A DNA stretch of 30,688 bases, taken from Anaerolineae bacterium (lineage in GTDB: Bacteria > Chloroflexota > Anaerolineae > Aggregatilineales > Phototrophicaceae). Positions 1 through 10,900 of the stretch are shown here, piece after piece. The notes beneath the pieces are model-generated. The model was given only the letters and a program-made list of their open reading frames with translations, made no database searches and had not been told where the DNA came from. Position numbers and translations under genes: made by a program. Every line of letters starts with the position of its first letter. Position 1 is the first letter of the stretch. The stretch lies in contig WGEI01000449.1 of NCBI GenBank assembly GCA_015492875.1, forward strand, positions 1 to 30,688, given 5' to 3'.

Positions 1-1751
1 CTTTTGATACTCATCAGATAGTCTTCCCGCAGGAATTTTTTATGCACTGCCGGGTCAATATGATCCCATGGGAAAACCTCATCAATATCTCGCTCCCGAT
101 GGGTATAAAACCATGGTTCTAGCCCCATTTCTTCAAAGGCTTGTAACCATAAATCATGGTGATGTTGGTCTTGCCAAGCATCAAATTTGCACCCCAGTTC
201 CCACGCGCGGAAAATAACCCGCGACATACGGCGGTCACCACGACTTAAAAAGCCCTCAAATTCAGAGGATTCAATATGATTCCAACGCAAATGCAGGCCT
301 TGTCCTCGAAGTTGCTCTTTGAGCATACGCTGTTTTTCTAGCACTTGTTCAGGTGTATCCTGTGGCACCCATTGGAACGGCGTATGTGGCTTAGGAATGA
401 ATGTGCTCACCCCAACATTTAGCGTCGCTTTGCCCCCAAGCACCTTACGCCCTTCCGCAAGAACAGCTTTGCACAGGTCAATAATGGCCTGCACATCTTC
501 TACCGTTTCATCTGGATGGCCTATCATGAAATAGAATTTGATAGTGCGCCATCCACGTGAATAAACGTCCCGCGCCGTTTGCAAGACTTGTTCAGTTGGC
601 ACAGATTTGTTGATAATATCGCGCATGCGTTCACTGGCGGCCTCTGGGGCAAAGGTGAAACCGCTGCGACGTGTATCGCCCAGTTTCTCTAACAAGTCAG
701 CGCTGGCCGATTCAATGCGTAAGCTGGGCAAGCTTAAGCTCAGCCCCATATCGCCGTATTTTTCCTGAACAGCATCCGCTAGTTCATGTACCCAAACATA
801 ATCAGATGAAGAGAGGCTCAGCAAACTGATTTCCTCAAACCCTGTGTGAGCGACAATTTCGCCAATGGCTGCTAGGATTTCCTCGACGGGGCGCTCCCGT
901 ACTGGTCGTGTAACCATACCAGCGTGGCAAAAACGGCACCCGCGCGTACAGCCGCGCATAATTTCTATTGGCGCACGATTGTGTACCGTATCGATATTGG
1001 GCACTATGAAGCGTGTAAATGGCTTCGGCAGTACAGGTACAATACGTTTCAGCACTTTAGGCGGCGCTTCTGGTGTATTGGGGATGATTTCTTTGACCGT
1101 GCCATCTTCGTTGTAAGTAACATCGTAAAAACGCGGTACATACATCCCTTGAATTTTCGCCACTTCACGCAGTTGCTCTTCGCGGCTAGCATCACGCATA
1201 CGCTGCATCAAACGGCCTAATTCAACGATGATTTCTTCACCCTCACCAATCACAAAGGCATCAATATATTCGTAAATTGGCTCAGGATTATAGCAAGAGT
1301 GCCCACCAGCAATAACTAGCGTATAGCGCTCGTCACGCTCTAAACTACGCAACGGCATCCCCGCCAAATCAAGCATATTGAGCACATTGGTATAAAGCTG
1401 CTCATAAGGAATACTGATGCCCAAAATATCGAAATCCAGTACCCGATGCTTAGTCTCTAATGAGTAGAGCGGAATATCTTCTTGGCGCATTTGCGCTTCC
1501 ATGTCAATCCATGGGCTGAAAACGCGCTCTGCTAGCATATCCGACTGGTTGTTGATTTGCTGGTAAAGCAGCATAATACCTAAATTAGACATGCCAATAT
1601 CATAAACATCGGGAAAGGCGAGCGCGATTTTGACATCAACCGCATCCCAATCCTTTACCACACTGTTATACTCGCCCCCGACATAACGCCCGGGTTTCTC
1701 AACTCGCAGCAAAATGCGGTCTAATATCTGTTCGATTTTTTCAGGGTGCAT
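1..1751 (-). CDS. B12-binding radical SAM protein, TIGR03960-like (3' end runs off the window)
   Basis: Manual translation from ATG at 1751: MHPEKIEQILDRILLRVEKPGRYVGGEYNSVVKDW...ALAFPDVYDIGMSNLG...IAGGHSCYNPEP...GEGEE. Radical SAM motif IEIMRGCTRGCRFCHAG near 915-965. C-terminal FPWDHIDP near 50-80. Segments I translated are in the same frame as the window edge. Absent from the ORF track, presumably because no stop lies in the window. Confidence 0.93.
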   Translation of the reverse strand, partial: MHPEKIEQILDRILLRVEKPGRYVGGEYNSVVKDWDAVDVKIALAFPDVYDIGMSNLGIMLLYQQINNQSDMLAERVFSPWIDMEAQMRQEDIPLYSLETKHRVLDFDILGISIPYEQLYTNVLNMLDLAGMPLRSLERDERYTLVIAGGHSCYNPEPIYEYIDAFVIGEGEEIIVELGRLMQRMRDASREEQLREVAKIQGMYVPRFYDVTYNEDGTVKEIIPNTPEAPPKVLKRIVPVLPKPFTRFIVPNIDTVHNRAPIEIMRGCTRGCRFCHAGMVTRPVRERPVEEILAAIGEIVAHTGFEEISLLSLSSSDYVWVHELADAVQEKYGDMGLSLSLPSLRIESASADLLEKLGDTRRSGFTFAPEAASERMRDIINKSVPTEQVLQTARDVYSRGWRTIKFYFMIGHPDETVEDVQAIIDLCKAVLAEGRKVLGGKATLNVGVSTFIPKPHTPFQWVPQDTPEQVLEKQRMLKEQLRGQGLHLRWNHIESSEFEGFLSRGDRRMSRVIFRAWELGCKFDAWQDQHHHDLWLQAFEEMGLEPWFYTHRERDIDEVFPWDHIDPAVHKKFLREDYLMSIK

Positions 1752-1804
1752 CAGGCACTCCCATGCTCACTAAGTGGTTGCGGCGAATTTTTATGATGTT
1801 TATC

Positions 1805-1833
1805 ATTATAACCTATATGAAATGGGATTTGAA
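1805..1833 (-). promoter_or_regulatory. sigma70-type promoter for the radical SAM gene
   Basis: Minus strand TTCAAA (1833-1828), 17 nt, TATAAT (1810-1805), followed by a GGGAG RBS before the ATG at 1751. Confidence 0.55.
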
Positions 1834-1852
1834 GTGAGGCGCTGAAGGGTAT

Positions 1853-2968
1853 GTGATGGTTAAATGGCGAATGCTTGTGTTATTTTTCACAATAATAATG
1901 TTTAATCCCTCTCTCTTTACTAGCACTGCGGAAAGCGATGCACCTGCGGTGATTTCTGCGGCGAACATCACATCGCTTCGTTCGGTATCGCATATCGATT
2001 TTGCGGACTATGGCGAATTTGAAAGCGGCTGGTTCGCCTTGAGTGAAGATGGTAATCGTATACGGGCGATGAACACCACAGCCTTTTATGACTTTGACTT
2101 GATAACGGGCGAAACCTATCGCACGCCATTACCGCGTGGTCGTGATAATATCCCCGCGCAAGTTGTTGATAGCGCATTGAACTTCCGTACAACGTTTGAT
2201 TTTAGCTATCGCTCTCAAGCAGACGTTTATTTGCTTAATGGTGTGTATTGTGTTTCCTATTTTGGGGATTGGTCAGGTGGTTTTTCTGGTGATAGCTGGC
2301 AACAGTGTTCAGGCCATGCCGATATTCCCCAAAGTATCTGGCTGGACGGAGCAACTGTTTGGCTAGAGGTAGTTGATACTACAACGTGGAAAACGCAAAT
2401 TATTCAGTTGCCTTGTGCCAACCGTGCTGCTGTTTATTTGCCCGAAGATTGCCGTTCTATCCCACATGTGTTAGCTGAAGATACGCAAGCCATTGTACTG
2501 ATTGGCCGTATTTCCCCGCCTTATGCCGTTACCTCTTCCGCAGATGGTGTTGTGAAGCTGTGGGATATTCAGGAAGGGCGGCTTATCTCTTCTGCTATAA
2601 CTGCGGCAGGCGTGCCCGCTGTTTTTGGCCAATTAAATACCGATGCTACGCATTTTATTTGGCGTGACGAAAATTCGCATAGTCTGCGATTAATCAATTT
2701 CATGACGGGGGAAGACCGCTTTATTGCCCCATTAAACGGCGCTTATGCCCAGTATTTCTTTTTAACACCCGCTGCTGATGTTGCTATTGCGGTCAACTTA
2801 GGGTTTGAGCCGTCGGTAATCGCATGGAATACGCGCACAGGCCAGCGGTATAATCTCGGAGCTTACCGTGCCTGCACACGCATTCCTGATATGGCGCGCT
2901 TGAGTGACGATGGCACTACCTTAGTGATTGGCTGCGATACGGGTTTAGATATTTGGCGTATTGAGTAG
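1853..2968 (+). CDS. Secreted or membrane-anchored WD40/beta-propeller-like protein
   Basis: 371-aa ORF (GTG 1853, or ATG 1856). Hydrophobic N-terminus MVKWRMLVLFFTIIMF. WD-like segment VTSSADGVVKLWDIQEG, plus blade ends IAWN and LSDDGTTLVIGCDTGLDIWR. Confidence 0.65.
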   Translation: MMVKWRMLVLFFTIIMFNPSLFTSTAESDAPAVISAANITSLRSVSHIDFADYGEFESGWFALSEDGNRIRAMNTTAFYDFDLITGETYRTPLPRGRDNIPAQVVDSALNFRTTFDFSYRSQADVYLLNGVYCVSYFGDWSGGFSGDSWQQCSGHADIPQSIWLDGATVWLEVVDTTTWKTQIIQLPCANRAAVYLPEDCRSIPHVLAEDTQAIVLIGRISPPYAVTSSADGVVKLWDIQEGRLISSAITAAGVPAVFGQLNTDATHFIWRDENSHSLRLINFMTGEDRFIAPLNGAYAQYFFLTPAADVAIAVNLGFEPSVIAWNTRTGQRYNLGAYRACTRIPDMARLSDDGTTLVIGCDTGLDIWRIE

Positions 2969-2971
2969 CCG

Positions 2972-3895
2972 TTATAGCGCTTGCACCTGTGTTAAGGCGG
3001 CTCTTAAACGCCTATCGCGCTCCGCTATAGAGACGCGGCTTAAATCCAGAAAACCACGCTCTTCAATGCAAAAGCTAGCCGCCACCGCCCCCATACAGCC
3101 AGCCTCCGCTAACGAACGTCCTTCAGTTAGCCCTGCCAGCAACGCACCGCTATAGGTATTCCCAGCACCAGTTACGTCGACAAGGGTTTCTGGCGTAATC
3201 GCTGGGATATGCCATTGCGCAGTCCCGTCACTGACAATAGAGCCGCTTTGCCCCATGCGCAACATCACAACACCCGCCCCATCGTCATGGAGTTGTTTAA
3301 CGAGTGTGCTTGGCTCTCGTTCATTATAGATAGTGATTGCTTCAACGAGGTTGACAGACACAATGAGCCTATGTCCACTATGGCGATTAAGGGCATCGCG
3401 TACCGTTGTGCCGTGCTCTGCATTGAGAATTTGTTGTAACGGCTCCCACAATATCAAGCTGCTTTTCGGTAATATTTTCAGCCAAGCAGATAAACTATTG
3501 GCGGCGTTGTGCATGTAATAGCTTTTCGCATGGCGATAGGCTTCTGGGCAATGTTCTGGTTGAGCGGCATAGATAAATGGTTCGGTGATTTTTACACGAT
3601 ATAATTCTCGCCTCGTGCCATCTTCTTCAAATAATTGCCATGCCCGTATCTGAGGTATATCAAGCTGGAATAAGCCGCGTATATCGAGATGTTTGGCCAA
3701 GCGTTCGGGGATATGCTGTGGCAAGTTATTGCCATGTACGGCGTTGATGCCGACATTGTCATGCCATAGCGCCATTCCCATAGCGGCGTGTACAGCTGCC
3801 CCGCCTAATTGCTCCATATAAGTTTGGCCGGTGGGCAACACAATATCATCAATGAAAATTGACCCTATTGCAATGATGTCCGGCGAGTGCTCCAT
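2972..3895 (-). CDS. PfkB/ribokinase-family kinase (MAK32-like GAGN variant), putative pseudouridine kinase partner of PsuG
   Basis: N-terminal IGSIFIDD...LGGAAVHAA and C-terminal VDVTGAGNTYSGALLAGL PfkB signatures. Starts 3 nt after the psuG stop. Confidence 0.85.
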   Translation of the reverse strand: MEHSPDIIAIGSIFIDDIVLPTGQTYMEQLGGAAVHAAMGMALWHDNVGINAVHGNNLPQHIPERLAKHLDIRGLFQLDIPQIRAWQLFEEDGTRRELYRVKITEPFIYAAQPEHCPEAYRHAKSYYMHNAANSLSAWLKILPKSSLILWEPLQQILNAEHGTTVRDALNRHSGHRLIVSVNLVEAITIYNEREPSTLVKQLHDDGAGVVMLRMGQSGSIVSDGTAQWHIPAITPETLVDVTGAGNTYSGALLAGLTEGRSLAEAGCMGAVAASFCIEERGFLDLSRVSIAERDRRLRAALTQVQAL

Positions 3896-3898
3896 CAG

Positions 3899-4810
3899 TT
3901 ACACTCTTTGTAATGAGATGGCAATTTGTGCGGCAACCCGCGCATTATTTTTCAACAGGGCTGTATTGGCGTTACGAGACCGGTTTTCGGTTAATTCGGT
4001 AATACGCGCCAATAAGAAAGGCGTTGTTTCTTTGCCGTGAATACCTTGCTTATCCGCTTCTTTGGCTGCTTGCTGAATCGCTTTTTCAGCAATGTCTTGT
4101 GGCAAGGCGTCTTTTTCCGGCACGGGCACGGTGAATAAAATGCCATGGGATGCGCCTATTTTCTCGCCAGCCTTGATTATTTGGGCGGCCTCTTCTGGCG
4201 TATTCACTCTTGCATCAACAGGCAATCCGCTATCACGGGTGAAAAATGCGGGAAGGCCATCGGTTTGATAGCCAATAACGGGGACGCCCTGCGTTTCTAG
4301 AACTTCTAATGTCAACGGTAAATCCAAGATATATTTTGCGCCAGAGCACACAACTGCTATAGGTGTACGCCCTAATTCAATTAAATCAGCTGATACATCA
4401 AACGGATGCCCCCGATGCACCCCGCCAATGCCGCCAGTAGCAAATACGCGAATGCCGGCCATATGGGCAATGATCATCGTTCCCGCCACGGTTGTAGCGC
4501 CGTTTTCTTTACGCCCTATCACAATAGGTAAATCTCGACGGCTACATTTGCGAATTTTTTCACTAGGCTGTTGCCCCAACCATTCAATTTGCGCTTGGCT
4601 TAAACCGATGGTGATTTGGCCATTGAGTATGGCAATTGTTGCCGGAATAGCGCCCTCATCACGAATGGCTTGCTCCATAGCTAGCGCGGTTTCCACGTTG
4701 AACGGATACGGCAGCCCGTGCGCGATAACCGTAGATTCTAGCGCCACAACAGGCTTTCCCCTATCTAACGCTTGTTTAACTTCATTTGTATAGTGCAGTT
4801 CAGGGTGCAT
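3899..4810 (-). CDS. psuG: Pseudouridine-5'-phosphate glycosidase
   Basis: Motifs VALESTVIAHGLPYP, KCSRRDLP, ATTVAGTM, FATGGIGGVHRG, DVSADL, GAKYILD, GKETTPFLL. Start placed at ATG 4810 (MHPEL) because of a GGGAGG RBS just upstream; the ORF track start at 4861 runs into the terminator. Confidence 0.95.
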   Translation of the reverse strand: MHPELHYTNEVKQALDRGKPVVALESTVIAHGLPYPFNVETALAMEQAIRDEGAIPATIAILNGQITIGLSQAQIEWLGQQPSEKIRKCSRRDLPIVIGRKENGATTVAGTMIIAHMAGIRVFATGGIGGVHRGHPFDVSADLIELGRTPIAVVCSGAKYILDLPLTLEVLETQGVPVIGYQTDGLPAFFTRDSGLPVDARVNTPEEAAQIIKAGEKIGASHGILFTVPVPEKDALPQDIAEKAIQQAAKEADKQGIHGKETTPFLLARITELTENRSRNANTALLKNNARVAAQIAISLQRV

Positions 4811-4838
4811 AAAACCTCCCATTCTTGAATAGCGCATC

Positions 4839-4847
4839 ATTTTACCA
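4839..4847 (-). promoter_or_regulatory. Extended -10 promoter for psuG-pfkB
   Basis: Minus strand TGgTAAAAT, about 30 nt upstream of the psuG ATG and immediately downstream of the terminator. Confidence 0.5.
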
Positions 4848-4855
4848 CGCTGCCC

Positions 4856-4896
4856 AAACAAAACCGACCCACACCTGTTGGTATGGGCCGGCTTTT
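4856..4896 (-). terminator. Intrinsic terminator of the giant gene
   Basis: Minus strand AAAAGCCGGCCCATACC-AACA-GGTGTGGGTCGGTTTTTGTTT. Fully paired stem (with G-U pairs) on this strand only, followed by a U-tract, 30 nt after the stop at 4928. Confidence 0.8.
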
Positions 4897-4927
4897 GGCA
4901 ATAGAATTGCCGTTCAGGTTCTACGGT

Positions 4928-7900
4928 TTATGGCCACACGTTGATAGCATCAATGGTGAAGTTGCGGCCAGGCTCCTGATTTTCGAAGATGACCAAGTGA
5001 TTGCCTTCACCAAATCCATAGAAGACGATGGGCGTGAAGTAGGTGCGGCGTCCTCGCTGGCTGAAATCGCTAGTCAGTGTCGGTGTAGCAGGCTTATTAT
5101 CCGTTGTATATTGCTCACCACCGCAGTGCATGTAGACGCCTTCTACTAGCACCAAGCAGGCGTTGATATTAGAGCTGCCGCGTGCATCCATTTGCTGGTA
5201 GACGGTTATCGCGTTGCCGCTGACATAGGCTTGCATCACTGCGCCAGCATTGCTAGTTGTATGCTGTATCAGGTTGTATGGTCCGCGTGGCGGAGCTTGC
5301 CGCGATGTCGTGGTTGTCCACAGCTCAAATGGTGCAAAGTCTAGGCCTGCTGTGGTGTCGTCATAGAACCCACCTGTTAGGGTTGTATCGCTTGCGTCAC
5401 CAAAGACCACAATCGCATCAATCCAGAGTGTGCGCCCGCTAGCACCACCTACAGTATCGCCCAGATTGCGAATTTGAACATCGTAGGTGTCCGCTGGTAA
5501 GCCATAGAAGGCGAAACCATATTGTTGCAGCGTGCCGCGCGGCAACAGACGCCCCGGGTTCAAGTCCGTCCAGTTGCTATTGCGAGCGTTGTTGTTTGCA
5601 GAGACCACATCACACCACACATCGCCGGATGCAATGCTGCCGATATAGTTTTGTCCAGAGAAGTAGCCCGGTGTTGTTTGGAAGTCGCTATAAGATGCCG
5701 GGAAGGGATCGCCACCAACCTTACGGTAGCAAACCATGAAGTCTGCACCAGCGCCATCGACACGGGTCAAGATTGACCAACCAGTACCGTTGATAGTGAA
5801 GTCCAGTGTCGCACCAATCTCTTTAGTTTCGGCAGCCAATGCACCATTAGCACGATTATCCTTGCGTGAACACCATTCGGTATTCAGGTCACAATTGCGC
5901 CCTGTGTCAGGATTGAGTGCTGTGCCGCCACTGGCGTTGAAGTTCAGGACGGTATCTGGCAAGAACTCATTGTACAGGCCTTCAGATAGCACATTGTTGG
6001 AGATGACTTGATAGCCATCGATATTGAAGAAGCCCTTGCTCAGTGTTGTCAGAATGATTTTGTGTTGGCCACTGAGGCTGCCGCCTAGCAAGCTTGCTAA
6101 ATCAACCATAACCTGCCCAGATGTCTGCATGGCATCCGTTAACGTGCAGTTGGTTGCGTTGGCAATGCTGAAAGTGCGGGTTGCACGATCCCAGGCGACA
6201 GTGCCGCTTAGATTATCAGCACAGACCAGTAGCCATTGGCTGTTTTGGCGGCTAGTAGATGACGTATCCACCACCACAGTATAGCTTGATACACCACTTG
6301 GAACATTTACGCTGATGACCGCTGTTGGGCCAGCGTAGGTGTTGCGGGCGCGGTTATTATCATCGACCACTGCATAACGGCTTTGGCCACTATCTTTCTT
6401 AGCTGCGCGACCAGTAATTTGACTCCAGCGATTTTCTGGCAACACTTGCAAGAATGATGTGCCACTGCCATCAACTGCATCTTCATTGTAGAAGCCCGGC
6501 GCAGAATCTGGTGGCGCGGCGTCATCAAAGACCTGCACGAAGTCGATGCTCAACCGTCCGACAGCGTAGCGGTTCAGTCGCGGGTCATCTTGGTTGCGTC
6601 CCAGTACCGACACGCCGTCTTCTACATCGCGGATACGGACGTAGTAAGTGCCATTGGGCAGACCAGCGGCGACTAAACGGGTTACGGTCGGCGTTGGCCG
6701 TGCTTCTTCGTTTTGGTAGATGATACAGGTTTGTGCATTGCCTGTTTCGCTGGTTTCATCAAACGTCGCGTCATCATCAACACAAATTTCTGTATCGCCA
6801 CCATTGCGGTCGATGGGCATACCGACCATTGCGCCTGTACCTTGGAAGGCGAAGGTTACGGATGCCCCCGGTGTGCTACTTTGCATGATACTGCCGCCGT
6901 AGTAGTTACGAGTATGGAACACTTGCGCCCAGCTGCCACCTTCAGCCACTGCGAACCCATCAACATAGAAAAGGGTTGCGCCATTGGTGGCCACAATTTG
7001 CAGTGTGGCGTTGCTGATAGTGCTGCTTGGCGTGTATTCAAACCGTAGCTGTTGCCATTTATTGACAATACCGTTGGTTGAGGTTGCCGACGCACCCCCA
7101 ATCGGTGAGCCACTATTTGCCAATTGGGCAGTAACCTGTGTGCCGCTAGAGATGTAAACCCAGCCGGTCACGGTGTAGGTTTTGCCCGCCTCTAAGGTGA
7201 AGGAGGCGCTTTCAATGCCCTGTAGCGCAGTGCTTACGTCCACTTTGCGTGAGTAGCGACCGATGTATTTGGGGTTAGTCCAACGGCTATTGACTGTCGC
7301 ACCTAAGCTATTCCACAGCTCGTCGCCTTCCATACCACCATTTGGCAGTACATTGTTGTAAGCTGCGTTGTATTGGATGCCCGGTGTGAACTCATCATGT
7401 AGCCCTGCACTCAGCACGCCGGCAACTGCTGGCTCAACCGCGTCGAACATCACCGCACCATTTGTGAGGGCTGTTACGGTGACGATATGCGGTCCCGTGC
7501 CAGCGCCTGTGTTGTAATGCAGTGTGAAGCCCGCTTGATTGCCAACGCCATTGTTCTCGATGATGGAGCAGGTGCGGTCAGTGCGGTCAGCTTCGCTGAT
7601 AGCGCAGACAAGCAACGGCGCATAGTTGCGGCTTGATGCGCGGTAGATGGTCACGGCATCCGCGTTATTGGTGCGGAAGATGACGCTAGAGCCAGAGCTA
7701 GTTGTGCGGCGGATTTGATCGATATTCTGGCCAGAGTGACGGCTTGCTGCCCGCCCGCTCAAGGTTGACCAATTGTCGCCAACGTACATGAAGTTGTTAT
7801 CAACATTACGGTTGTTGTAGTTGCCTTCATAGCGTTGGCCTGGTGTTAGTTGGTTCAGTGTTGTTGCGTTCAGGTCGCTGCCGAACACCTCAACATAGTC

Positions 7901-10900
7901 GAAGTCCATCTTTAGTGCGCCTGCAGCATGTGGCGCGGTGATATAGTCTTCGTTCAACAGTTGCACCACAGCGGTGTACGTTGTTGCTGGGTTCAAGCCC
8001 AAGATTGTTGCTGCGAAGTCATAGTTCGCCCGCGATTCTGTATTGAACACCTGGCAGATGCCGTTGCTGATAACCGTACTCGCATCTGTTGTGGCTGTAT
8101 CGTCCACACAGACACGGATGAGGTCAGCGTTACGGTCGGCGCGTAGGTGTGCGGCAAAACCGCTACCTTGCAATTGGAAGAGCACACCGCCGTTGATGTC
8201 CTTTGTATTGAACACTGTGCCGCCATAAGCGCCGCGATAAGCTATTTCGGTGTTCGTTGTGGCGCTTAGGTTGCCGTCGAATGCCATGATATTGGCATGG
8301 TTGTTTTGATAAATGCCTTCGGGTAATGGGTCATTGCTATCGACTAAGCGAACGACATCCACAAGGAGTTTACGCCCGTCAGTGTTTTCAATCGTTACCC
8401 AGCAGGCATTGGCCACACAATCCACAGCGCCCGTATCGATAGCAGCACTCTGGTTGTAATCAGCTGCGACGCCAGTTTGGTTGTTAACCGTGACGCATTG
8501 GCTGTTATCGATAGCGTCTTTGGTTGTGTCTGTACCAATAACTCCGAAGCATACCCGCGCTTGCCCAAACTGCTTGTTTACCTGACGGATGTACTCGAAA
8601 TCAGGCTCACCAGTGAACTCGAAGTAAGCGACTGAACCGCGCATATTGCCCTGATGCTGGCTGCCATTGAAGGACAACGGACGCCGCTCAACAACCTCTG
8701 TCAGACTGCCGAAGGGGAAGTATTGCAAACGTGGGTCAGTGTTGTCAACTGGTTCAACCGCATTGATGCGTAGTGTGCTATCTGCGCCAAGAACCTCCAC
8801 GCGGTCAACGTTTAACACTTTGCTGCCATCAGTATTGGTGATGCGCACCGTGTAAGAGCCGTTGTTGCCCGCTGCGTCGCCATGTAAGCCCATGTATGTC
8901 AGGCCAACTTGTTGCAGCGCAGTAGATGACGCGCTGTTGTTGACGGTTTCATTGATATCCGCACAGTCATTATTGCCTTGTGCGCTTACACAGACTGTGT
9001 AACTGCCCGATGTTGTGCTGCTTTCCACCAGCACCACGCTGAAGCCAATACCTTCCATATCGAATTCAACATAGCCACTTGGCGAAATCTGTTGCACCAG
9101 CTTATTCGATGCCTGCGTCATGCTCACCTGAGTGGCGTTATTGAACGTCAGGCTGGCATCATCTTGCTGGTAAATACCTTCGGCCAGAACACCTGCTTCG
9201 AGTATTTGAACGGCATCGAAGTAAATGCGTCCGCCGTGCTTCAGATTAGTGATGCTGATGGCATAGTGGTCAGTGGGGTTATTGGCGATGCTACCGGCTG
9301 GAACAGCGATTTGCTGCTTACCGGCTTTATCCGCCAAGTTGTGCGTTGCACAAGTGCGCTCTTGAACCACATTGGCGTTATCAATTTGCGTCCAGCAAAC
9401 CTCTACGGTATCGCTTGTTGAGGCTGTGCCGTAGTGCAACACAATACCCGCGATTTCTTTCGTGCCATCGCCGGCAACAAACGAAATGCTAGCGCCATAG
9501 TCATCGGTTAGGGCATAGGTTTGGTTCAGGTAACCGCGCGCCCGTGTGCCGCTGGTGAATGACCAACTGTTGTTATCTGGTCCGTAGGTCAGGATAAGGG
9601 CGTTATTGGCATCTCGCTGCTGGTCATCATACAGGCTGCCAAGCACCGATAGCGCGCCATAGACTTGCACCGCATCCACAACTAGCTTAGCCGATGTTTG
9701 GTTGGTGATGGTGACATCGTAGTTGCCTTCCGGCAGGCCGGAGAATGTGATGCCAGATGTGCCAGATACTGTCCGCGTATTATTGGTGCTCACCGTTTGT
9801 GTCGTGCTGAAGCAGCAATCTGTGCCACTCGTTTGGGTGATTTGAACTTGTAGGTTGCCACCCGTTTTGCCGAACTCGGTCACGAAGGTGAAACCTGTCG
9901 CGTTTTGCAGGCTGAATTGCACCGAAGCACCAGCAGTTGTATTGACCAATGCTTGGCCACCGCTGTAAGTTCTACTTGATACAGTATCCCATGTGCCTGT
10001 GTTGCTCAGCTCAAAGATGTCGTTATTGCCATCGGTCGTCAGGCCGTTGCCCACCGATTCTTCAAAGTAACCAGCGGCTAAGGCAGTGCCATGTATGACC
10101 TGAACACGGTCAATCGGTAGTACACCTGGTGTCAGTGCCCGTACTGTAACAACGTGGTTGCCTACGACGCCCAGCGCTGGAATATCGCTCTTGCTCACCA
10201 CCACCTGCGATTGTGTCCCCAAGTCAGTCAGGAAGTCCGCACAATTATCTGCTGCATCGTTGTAGTCATAGCCTGTGCCGTTGTAACTCATAGCACCGCT
10301 AGTATCGTCCACACAAACCTGTACTGTTTTTGTGTTTGTACGGCTCGCTGGCCCGGTATGCAGTACCAGAATGACGCCATCAGTTGAGGGGACATTCACC
10401 TGCATGACCGCTGTTGGACCGGCATAGGTGCGGATAGCTGCGCCACGGCTATCACGTAGGCTGAAGAACGAGCTTTCCGAGTAGTTGCGGGCAAAGCGCC
10501 CTTCAACCGTGCCCCATAGCTCGGCTGGCAAGCCCTGGAGATAGCGATTGCCGCTTCCATCCACTGCTGTGTCTTCATAAGTGCCCGGCGCGCTGATGGC
10601 TGGGGGTAGGGCGCTGTTATACACCCGTACATAGTCAATTGCGATTTGGCCGATGCTACGGCGGTTGTTGCGTGCCGCCACGGTGTTGTTACGCACGAGG
10701 CTGCTATAACCATTTTCCACGTCGCGGATGACAATGGTATAGGTGTTACTTGGCAATGGCCCCACAAAGCGGCTAGTTGTATAGCTTGGCCGCGCCGACT
10801 CGTTATCGTAAGTTGCGCAGTTGGCGTTTTGTAGCCCGTTAGCGCCATAGTCGACCGAGTCAGTGTAGCAGATTTCGACCTCGCCGCCGATATTCTCGGT

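Noticed and set aside
319-1220. Plus-strand ORFs 319..534, 865..1116 and 924..1220
   Set aside because: Antisense shadows of the radical SAM gene, which explains the region fully.
4811-4861. 17-aa N-terminal extension of PsuG in the ORF track
   Set aside because: It overlaps the terminator and extended -10; the RBS supports ATG 4810.
4897-4911. Small hairpin GGCAAT-AGA-ATTGCC
   Set aside because: Only 6 bp with a 3-nt loop next to a much stronger terminator; probably incidental.
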